In this document: positions 26,174 to 32,000 of the stretch, piece by piece | Position numbering within the stretch: position 1 is the first letter of the stretch | Layout of the letters: the number at the start of each line of letters is the position of its first letter | NCBI RefSeq assembly: GCF_000025685.1 | Contig: NC_013967.1 | Location: 1,830,001-1,862,000, forward strand | Reading direction: 5' to 3' | DNA from: Haloferax volcanii DS2 | Lineage (GTDB): Archaea > Halobacteriota > Halobacteria > Halobacteriales > Haloferacaceae | DNA length: 32,000 nucleotides | The notes under the pieces: generated by a model | Seen by the model: only the letters and a program-made list of their open reading frames with translations | Database searches by the model: none | What the model was told of the DNA's origin: nothing | Position numbers and translations under genes: made by a program

Positions 26174-26482
26174 ATGAAGTTGGCCGTCCCAACTGACTTC
26201 GACATCCTCGAAGCGCTTTCAGATCGGAGGCGAAACACCGCCGTGAACCTCTCGTATATCCTCGATAAGAACCGCTCGTACATCAACACGCGACTGCCGA
26301 TTCTCGCGGACTACGGCCTGTTGGCGCGAGTCGGGCCCGCGCCGAACTCCGGGCTGTACGAAATCACCGACAAGGGGCTGGTCGTCCTCGACAACCGCGA
26401 CCAGTACCGAGCCGACGGCGTCGACTTCGACGCGCTCGTCGAGTCCGAACTCAGGGCGCGGACCGACGAGGCGAACGCCTAA
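26174..26482 (+). CDS. Winged-helix DNA-binding protein of the type annotated in haloarchaea as a PhiH1-repressor homologue
   Basis: MKLAVPTDFDILEALSDRRRNTAVNLSYILDKNRSYINTRLPILADYGLLARVGPAPNSGLYEITDKGLVVL.... This is the characteristic D..ILE.L....R.....L.......Y...R...L...GL......G.Y.IT..G pattern. TATA GTTTATTTAA (26142-26151) lies 23-32 nt upstream. Confidence 0.7.
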   Translation: MKLAVPTDFDILEALSDRRRNTAVNLSYILDKNRSYINTRLPILADYGLLARVGPAPNSGLYEITDKGLVVLDNRDQYRADGVDFDALVESELRARTDEANA

Positions 26483-26666
26483 CAGGAGCAACGCGCCGCA
26501 ACCGAAGGTCGGGACGGCCTTCGGAGGCACCCCGGCGCGCTGTTCCTCGCGCGGAGTGGCAACGCCGCTCAGCCCCGCGTTGTCGACGGGGCCGTGGCGT
26601 CGGGAGTCACCGCGCTGTGCTGCGACCGTCGCCGCCTTTTTGCCGCTTTGCCGCCCAGTTCGAGGT

Positions 26667-27056
26667 ATGGCTATCGAACCACTCTCGCTCGGCGTTCCGA
26701 AGCCCATCATCGACTCGCTACCGGAGGCGGACGGCACGGCGGCACAGGACATGCAGCGCGCCGTCGAGGGACTCGAAACGCGACTGAACCGCGCAATCGA
26801 GGACGCCGACACGGAATCCGAGGCCGCCGGCTACGTCGTCGACGCGCTCGAACGCCTGGAAGGCCACTACGAGCGCTACGACGAGTTCATCCCCGAACTC
26901 CGCGCGTGGGGGCAGTCGCCCATCTACGCCATCGCGTGGCGGAACCTCCAAGCGGACCTCATCCTCCAAATCGAGGAGTACGACTGGCTGAAACCCCACA
27001 TCGACCGCGAACGGAACCTCAGACTGGTCGAAGACGGCATCAGGTACGGCAAGTAG
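26667..27056 (+). CDS. Acidic hypothetical protein (129 aa)
   Basis: ORF 26556-27056 trimmed to ATG 26667 (MAIEPLSLGVPKPIIDSLPEADGTAAQDMQRAVEGLETRLNRAIEDADTESEAAGYVVDALERLEGHYERYDEFIPELRAW...). A T-rich element CCTTTTTGCC lies ~30 nt upstream. No family recognised. Confidence 0.55.
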   Translation: MAIEPLSLGVPKPIIDSLPEADGTAAQDMQRAVEGLETRLNRAIEDADTESEAAGYVVDALERLEGHYERYDEFIPELRAWGQSPIYAIAWRNLQADLILQIEEYDWLKPHIDRERNLRLVEDGIRYGK

Positions 27057-27140
27057 GTACGTCGCCCGCGGCGTCGACTGGGGTGTCGTTTCCGGAGCGA
27101 ACGCTTGTTCAGTCTTGAAGAACTGTGGATAAAGAACACG

Positions 27141-27345
27141 ACCGTGGACAACCTCGCCATATATAAAATTTATTCACCAAACTCGAATGCTTGTTTTCTG
27201 ATTATATTAGTAGAATATATTCTAAAATAGCTATATAACTCGAATAGTATCATGAATGTCGGCAGATAATACTCTATATCGATACTCTTGACTCGACCCT
27301 CCTGTCCCTCAATAGTATTGTCTATTTAAAACACTACTACGCTCC
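27141..27345. other. AT-rich island with short palindromes and direct repeats and no plausible ORF
   Basis: About 27% G+C by hand count over 27161-27290. Perfect 12-bp palindrome AGAATATATTCT (27212-27223). AACTCGAAT occurs twice (27180-27188, 27238-27246), ATACTCT twice (27269-27275, 27282-27288) and AATAGTAT twice (27243-27250, 27311-27318). Multiple TATA-like runs are present. Confidence 0.7.
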
Positions 27346-27640
27346 GAAATTCGCCCTCTCACCTGTGTTCTCTCGTTCGGCGGCGGTTCGGATATCTCGC
27401 TCGACCACCGCGAGTCGGCACTTCCCTCTCCCTGCCCACTCCGTGGCAGACCGACCGGTTTGGTGTCGACCGACGCCGGCGGTGGCGGCGGGCTCGACTC
27501 GACCCGTCCGAGTGATTCATATGACAGCTATCCGGGACGACTTCCGCCGGATTCGAAGCACCTCGTTCGCGCCCGGCCGTTCGACGTCACCGACGCTCTC
27601 TGGAGAGACACAACAGCACAGTCGTTAGTGAGAGTCAGTA

Positions 27641-27705
27641 GTCGCGCCCCGTAAAGGGGTGACCGAACCTAATGGGGAAGGGGGGAAGGGGGGATGAGTT
27701 CGGTC
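27641..27705. other. Two adjacent stem-loops, the second enclosing a G4-AA-G6-AA-G6 purine tract
   Basis: The first hairpin is GTC(GCG)CCCC-GTAAA-GGGG(T)GAC (27641-27663). The second has a perfect 8-bp inverted repeat GACCGAAC (27661-27668) / GTTCGGTC (27698-27705) flanking CTAATGGGGAAGGGGGGAAGGGGGGATGA. Confidence 0.6.
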
Positions 27706-27912
27706 ATGTGGATGCGTCCGAGGGGTTACTCTGTACGGTGTTGCATCCAATTGAGTACAACCACTTCGGATATATAAATCATTCTGATTGTCAGCCCAGA
27801 GGACAGTCTCGGAGTTGGTGTAATAAGTGTAATGGTGTTATACAAGATGAAACGACTCCGGTACTCGGTAACGTAGCCTGCGATACGGCGGGACCTCTTT
27901 CCACCCATCATT

Positions 27913-28141
27913 AACGACACCTTCGACCGGGCCACCGCTCGCGTCAACCGCGCCGAAGAGTCCCCGTGGAATGCGTTCGCGACCTCCCGGACGACGCGGA
28001 CGACGAGTTCGGCCGACTGTTCGAGCGGTTGTGGCCGTACGGAACGAACTCCAGCGGGTGTCGACTCCCGACGACGCGGACGCCGTGGAGGGCGCAGGAG
28101 AGTCGCGGCGTCCCTTCGAGTTCCCGACGACCGACGACTGA
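27913..28141 (+). pseudogene. Possible decayed gene remnant readable only by switching through three frames
   Basis: Acidic, coding-like pieces occur in successive frames: NDTFDRATARVNRAEESPWNAFA, then VRDLPDDADDEFGRLFERLWPYGTNSSG, then VSTPDDADAVEGAGESRRPFEFPTTDD*. Each piece degenerates into Arg-rich nonsense outside its segment. No start or family identified. Confidence 0.25.
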
Positions 28142-28183
28142 CCGCGGTTCGCCTTCGGGCGGAGTTCGCCGGACCGGGGTTCG

Positions 28184-28633
28184 CTACGCTGCCTGCTTCT
28201 CTAACCACTCGCTCGCGTCGACGACGAGGTCGGACAGCGCCTCCTCGACGGACTCGTCGCCCGCGAGGCCGACGCTCCAGGTGACCTGCGACTGTATCGC
28301 TTGCAGGCTGAGCATCGTGTTTTGGACCCGCGACGCCAGCACTACCGGCACTGTCGCGTCGAACCGACGGATACCTTTGACCGCTTCGATGCCCTCGAAC
28401 GCCGGCGGGGCGTGGAGGCAGATAACCAGATGCACCGGTCTCTCGGTCAATCGCTCGAACAACTCCCGACTCGACCCTACGAACTCGACGTTCACGTCGC
28501 GCTCTCTCGCCCCCAACCCCTCGGGCTGCGGGCCGTAAGCGAGGATGCGCGGCGTCGCCGCTATGCTAGTCTCGGACACGCATTCGACTGTTCGTCGAGA
28601 GGGTATTTGACAGTTTCTCCGACCCGAGTCCAC
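28184..28633 (-). CDS. Receiver-like (CheY-fold) single-domain protein lacking the canonical phospho-acceptor residues (pseudo-receiver)
   Basis: Alternating beta/alpha receiver-like pattern. PRILAYGPQ stands where the DD pair normally sits, VHLVICLHAPPAFEGIEAVKGIR where D..MP..G is expected, and VPVVLASR where the T/S motif is expected. It lies 73 nt downstream of cetZ on the same strand. The start is ATG 28633 or GTG 28579. Confidence 0.5.
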   Translation of the reverse strand: MDSGRRNCQIPSRRTVECVSETSIAATPRILAYGPQPEGLGARERDVNVEFVGSSRELFERLTERPVHLVICLHAPPAFEGIEAVKGIRRFDATVPVVLASRVQNTMLSLQAIQSQVTWSVGLAGDESVEEALSDLVVDASEWLEKQAA

Positions 28634-28706
28634 GCCGGACGCCGACGGCGGTCGCGCTCGGCGTCGGACCGCGGGACCGGCGGGAGCTATCGTCGAGGCG
28701 GTCGGG

Positions 28707-29891
28707 TCAGAACAGCGAGTCGAGGCGGTCGTCGACGACGGCCTCCGTTCCGTCCTCGCGGTCGGCGGCGTCGCTCGCGATCCGTTCGCGGCGGTTCTGC
28801 TCGGCTTCGACGGCGGTCGACCGAATTTCGGCCACGCGGTCGCTCCGCGACACGTCGCCGAGGAGGACCAGCACGCCGACGTGGTTCGACTCCGAAAGCG
28901 GGTAGTCGCCCCCGCGGACCTCCATGCTCCCGGTCTGTTCTTCGACCCACGTCCGACTCCGCTCGACGGCCTTCCGGTTGAGCCACTCGGGCGGGCCGCT
29001 GACGACGACCAGCCCGCGGGAGGCGGAGTCGACGTCGCACGGGAGGGTGAGCTGTCCGAGCACAGCCTTCCGCGTCTGGGTCGTGATGCGGTTGATGGAG
29101 TCGAGTTCGTCCGTCGACGACGAATCCCCGCCCAAGAGCCCCTTGATGCTGAACCCGCCGCCGCCGTCGCTCTCGGGGAGTTCGCTTGCCGCGTAGCCGA
29201 TCGTCGAGATGCCGCCGCCGCGGAGGGTGTTGATGACCTCCGAAGAGTCGACGACGCTCTCGGCGACCGTCCCCGACTCGGCCACTTCGCCCGAGGCGAA
29301 GAGGATGCCGAGGCGTCGCACGAGCACCTCGTTCATCGTGTCGTGGGCCTGCGCGACGTCCTCGCCGCTTTCGGCCCACGCCCCGTTGTCGAACGCGAAG
29401 ACGTGGTCGGTCACGTCTACCAACGCCTTGAGCGACCGCGCGGCGTTGCGCGAGTACAGCGCGCCCTCGTCGGCGGCGGGGAGGATGCCGACGCCGTAGA
29501 TGGGCTGTTCGTAGATGCGGTTGAGATGCTTTGCGAGCACGGGGGCCGCGCCGCTGCCCGTCCCGCCGCCGAGACCCGCGAAGATGAGAAACGCGTCGGC
29601 CGTGGAAGTCGGCGCGCCGTCGGTGCCCCGCAGAAGCTGTCGGCTGTCGCGCTCGGCGAGTTCGGCGGCGAGTTCATTGTCCGCGCCGACGCCGTGACCG
29701 CTCACCTCGTCCGCGCCGAAGAGAATACGGTTTTCCTCGGGAACGAGGTCGAGGCCGCGGAGGTCCGCCGACGCGGTGTTGTACGCGACCGCGTCGACGA
29801 CGTAATCGGCGTTCGTGCGCTGTTCGTACCGGAGGAGGGCGTCGAGGACGTTCCCACCCGCTTGTCCCATTCCGAAGCAAAGGACCTTCAT
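28707..29891 (-). CDS. cetZ: CetZ-family tubulin/FtsZ superfamily protein
   Basis: ORF 28707-29912 trimmed to ATG 29891 (MKVLCFGMGQAGGNVLDALL...). Tubulin signature FAGLGGGTGSGAAPV and a CetZ-like N-terminus and length (394 aa). Which CetZ paralogue it is cannot be determined here. Confidence 0.9.
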   Translation of the reverse strand: MKVLCFGMGQAGGNVLDALLRYEQRTNADYVVDAVAYNTASADLRGLDLVPEENRILFGADEVSGHGVGADNELAAELAERDSRQLLRGTDGAPTSTADAFLIFAGLGGGTGSGAAPVLAKHLNRIYEQPIYGVGILPAADEGALYSRNAARSLKALVDVTDHVFAFDNGAWAESGEDVAQAHDTMNEVLVRRLGILFASGEVAESGTVAESVVDSSEVINTLRGGGISTIGYAASELPESDGGGGFSIKGLLGGDSSSTDELDSINRITTQTRKAVLGQLTLPCDVDSASRGLVVVSGPPEWLNRKAVERSRTWVEEQTGSMEVRGGDYPLSESNHVGVLVLLGDVSRSDRVAEIRSTAVEAEQNRRERIASDAADREDGTEAVVDDRLDSLF

Positions 29892-30014
29892 CGTCTCTCT
29901 TTGACACGTCATCAGTGGTGAATCTTCTGTTAGTTGCCTGCCACACCGAGTCGAACGCGCCGCCGGGGACGGGGTAGTTCTATACGACCCGGGCGAGAAT
30001 CATCGGCAAACTGC

Positions 30015-30512
30015 ATGACTTGTCCGCGGTGTTCACAGCCACTCTCGACGCTCTCGTTCGACGGTCGCGCGGCGCGCTACTGCGAGCGCTGCGGCTTCGT
30101 CGGCGTCGAGACCGTCCACGAGCGCGACGCGCCGAGCCGAGAGTCGTGGGACGACGCCATCGCTCGCTTCCACGAGCGGGCGCTCCGCGAGGCGCGCGAG
30201 CGGGACGACGGCGCGGGCGGTACCGGCGGAGCCGACAGCGGCGAGGCAACCGACGGCGACACCGCGGTCGAAGCCGAGCGCAACGGAGCCGGCGCGGAGG
30301 ACGATGAGACGCACCCGGCGGACGATGCGACCGACGCGGCGGACGACGCCGAAGCCGAACACGGGGGCGGCGACACGACTGAAGACGTGGCTGCTGCCGG
30401 TGACGACGAGGGCGACGACGAAGCAACCGACCGCGAGCCCAGTGACTCGCAACTGAAAAACGGGGAGGACGGCGACCGCGGGGACCGCGCTGACCGCGCG
30501 GGCGACGAGTGA
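30015..30512 (+). CDS. C4 zinc-ribbon protein with a long poly-acidic disordered C-terminal tail
   Basis: ATG 30015: MTCPRCSQPLSTLSFDGRAARYCERCGFVGVE (CxxC...CxxC), a short helical segment, then ~110 aa rich in D/E/G/A/T (…DDETHPADDATDAADDAEAEHGGGDTTEDVAAAGDDEGDDEATD…). TATA-like TTCTATAC lies ~30 nt upstream. The 27 codons upstream in the ORF are Arg-rich and are excluded. Confidence 0.6.
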   Translation: MTCPRCSQPLSTLSFDGRAARYCERCGFVGVETVHERDAPSRESWDDAIARFHERALREARERDDGAGGTGGADSGEATDGDTAVEAERNGAGAEDDETHPADDATDAADDAEAEHGGGDTTEDVAAAGDDEGDDEATDREPSDSQLKNGEDGDRGDRADRAGDE

Positions 30513-30593
30513 CGCGCGCTCGCGCGTCGCCGGCGGCGCGTCGACCTCGGTCGTGACGTACTGTCCGGCCGGTGTGTCAGCTCGGACCGGCGC

Positions 30594-31631
30594 TCAGTTC
30601 GATTCCGGCGCGGCTTCGGCTTCCGGTTCGGGGTCGGAGGCGCCCCCGTCGGATTCCTCTTCGGAGCGGGCGGCGACGAGCGACCCGCGGGCGACGCTGT
30701 ACAGGGGGCGGTCGATGCTCCGGACCTCGTTGACCGAGAACGGAATCGTCGAGTCTTCGAGGTGGTGTTCGAACAGCTCCTCGAAGCCCTCGGGGCTGGA
30801 GGTGCCCCCGGTGACGACGACGGGCACGTCGAGGCCCTCCTCGATGTCTTCCTCGTCGACCTCGCGTTCGATGTTCTCGATGACGTAGTCGAGGAGGTTC
30901 TCGTAGTAAATCGACAGCGCGCCCTCGACGCCGCCGACGTCCGTGCGGAAGTCGAGCTGGAAGTCGTCTTCCTTGATGGACGTGACCTTGTCGACGGCCG
31001 TCCCGGTGGCCTGGGCGGTCTGCTGGTCTATCCAGTCGCCGCCGCGGGCGATGGAGAACTGCATGACCGGCACCGCGTAGTACGCCAGGCAGATGTTCGT
31101 CATCCCCGCGCCGAACGAGACGCCGAGGCCGGTGAAGTTGTTGTCGGCGAGTTCGCTGTAAATGACCGCCATCCCCTCGTTGATGGGTTCGGGGTCGTAG
31201 CCCATGTCGCCGAGCATCGATTCGAGCGTCTTGTCGTGATACAGCGTCGAGAGGTCGGAGTCGATGGGGTCCGCCGGACTCGAATAAAACAGGCGCTCGT
31301 TCGGCCGGGAGGGCGAGCCGACGACCTGCTCGATGATGAGCTTAATCATCGGAATCGCGGAGGACTCCTCGCTGGAGAGGATGCCGTGTTGCATCGGCCG
31401 TCGCGTCTCCTTGCCGAAGATGTTCGCGAAGTTGAGCGCGTCGTCGCCGACGACGTACACCTTGTCGTCCTTGCGGATGTGGAGCACGTCGCTTCGCGAG
31501 AGCATCTGCTCCGCCATGTCGCTGTAATCGATTTCGACGAACGAGTTGCGCTGCTGGACAAATACGGTCTCACTCCCATCCTGACTCGCGGACAGGATGT
31601 TCATGGTTCCTACGTCAAGGCCTTTCGCCAT
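30594..31631 (-). CDS. volA: Actin-superfamily ATPase matching what I remember as volactin (Haloferax actin homologue linked to disk-shape formation)
   Basis: Actin-fold motifs: phosphate-1 GLDVGTMN, phosphate-2 [10 protein letters not shown] and the adenosine motif [13 protein letters not shown]. The tail is acidic. Its position next to cetZ matches my memory of the H. volcanii locus (unverified). Confidence 0.85.
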
Positions 31632-31653
31632 ACCTCACGCGTCGTAGGGCTGT

Positions 31654-31671
31654 CGCATAAATCTGTATGCG
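31654..31671 (-). promoter_or_regulatory. TATA box embedded in a 6-bp inverted repeat upstream of the actin-like gene
   Basis: The plus strand reads CGCATAAATCTGTATGCG. The arms are CGCATA and TATGCG with a 6-nt spacer. The minus-strand ATTTAT lies 26-31 nt upstream of ATG 31631, which is leaderless geometry. Confidence 0.45.
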
Positions 31672-31769
31672 CGTTTGCGATTCGGTTCGGCCGGGACCGA
31701 CGCCGAACCACCGTCGCGTCACTCCCTGACCGACGCCGCGTCAGTCCCCGCCCGCCGGCCCGCGACGCC

Positions 31770-32000
31770 TCAGGAGAACAGCCCGCGAATCCGGTCGACC
31801 AGTCCCTCGGCGTCCTCGCGTTCGGCCTCCGCCTGCTGTTGTTTCCGTAACTCGGCCAGCGCGGCGGTCTGGTCGTCCGTGCTGTCACCGACCGCCGTGT
31901 CCTTCTTCCCGCCGCGAAGTCCCTGGAGCCCCGCGACCGCGTCGTCGACGCCGCCGCCGCGCGTCTCGGTCGCTTTCGCGTTCTCGAAGCTCGCGCGGTC
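31770..32000 (-). CDS. 3' end (76 codons) of a low-complexity acidic protein ending in a short amphipathic helix; the gene continues beyond the right edge
   Basis: Own minus-strand translation: DRASFENAKATETRGGGVDDAVAGLQGLRGGKKDTAVGDSTDDQTAALAELRKQQQAEAEREDAEGLVDRIRGLFS*. Codons are GC3-rich. It is not in the ORF track because the window truncates it. No family recognised. Confidence 0.5.
   Translation of the reverse strand, partial: DRASFENAKATETRGGGVDDAVAGLQGLRGGKKDTAVGDSTDDQTAALAELRKQQQAEAEREDAEGLVDRIRGLFS

Noticed and set aside
27141-27345. Chromosomal replication origin (an AT-rich DUE)
   Set aside because: No orc/cdc6 gene is adjacent, and I could not find flanking inverted ORB-type repeats (no GTTCCAGTGGAAAC-like elements). 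This keeps it as an open question under findings rather than an origin call.
25594-27504. GACTCGACC 9-mer occurring three times (25594, 27290, 27496) as possible att-site or terminal repeats of the putative relic element
   Set aside because: It is only 9-10 nt long and GC-rich. The flanks do not extend the match, and the positions do not bracket the segment cleanly. This is compatible with chance.
27674-27693. Confident G-quadruplex call for GGGGAAGGGGGGAAGGGGGG
   Set aside because: Only three closely spaced G-runs are present, and the fourth is 15 nt upstream. A three-tetrad G4 would need a long loop or run-splitting. It is reported as a G-rich structured element only.
27365-27914. Small ORFs 27365-27628, 27460-27654 and 27672-27914 as genes
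   Set aside because: Their composition is Arg/Ser/Pro/Thr-rich or odd, with no motifs and no promoter geometry. The region reads better as non-coding or decayed DNA.
28881-31850. Plus-strand ORFs 28881-29921 (346 aa) and 30762-31850 (362 aa)
   Set aside because: They are antisense to cetZ and the actin homologue respectively. Their composition is the Arg/Val/Asp/Gly/Glu-rich kind typical of high-GC artefacts.

Overview
High-GC (about two-thirds G+C by eye) haloarchaeal chromosome with an acidic proteome, many 4-nt start/stop overlaps and TATA-like boxes 25-30 nt upstream of start codons. Gene content and order match what I remember of the Haloferax volcanii main chromosome around HVO_1983-HVO_2016; this is from memory and not checked against any database. 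Left to right: the glyoxylate-bypass operon aceA-aceB (aceB truncated), an ABC-2 exporter, SppA plus a DUF4350/GldG-like protein, trmY, tRNA-Pro(CGG) followed by about 0.5 kb of hairpin- and tRNA-fragment-rich non-coding DNA, an orphan Tat-lipoprotein substrate-binding protein, a cold-shock protein, housekeeping and membrane genes (methyltransferase, NUDIX, CPBP protease, SLC13/TrkA-C permease), a methyl-accepting transducer coupled to a 93-aa membrane protein, tgtA, a wHTH regulator with a small membrane protein, cysE, a secreted protein of five ~115-aa repeats with PGF-CTERM, a frameshifted lipoprotein gene in a lower-GC patch, arcS, a 2.6-kb low-coding segment (three small genes, an AT-rich island, gene debris), and a cytoskeletal neighbourhood (pseudo-receiver, CetZ tubulin homologue, zinc-ribbon/acidic protein, volactin-like actin homologue, partial low-complexity protein). 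I saw no CRISPR array, rRNA, IS element or recognisable defence system. The best candidates for undescribed biology are the CetZ/actin locus with its three uncharacterised partners, the conserved-loop hairpin family and split tRNA 3' copies behind tRNA-Pro, the small-membrane-protein/transducer pair, and the AT-rich/structured non-coding segment at 27.1-28.2 kb. All function calls rest on motif recognition and memory; no homology search, RNA folding or statistics were run. The many long Arg/Gly/Val/Asp-rich ORFs in the track are antisense or off-frame artefacts of high GC.
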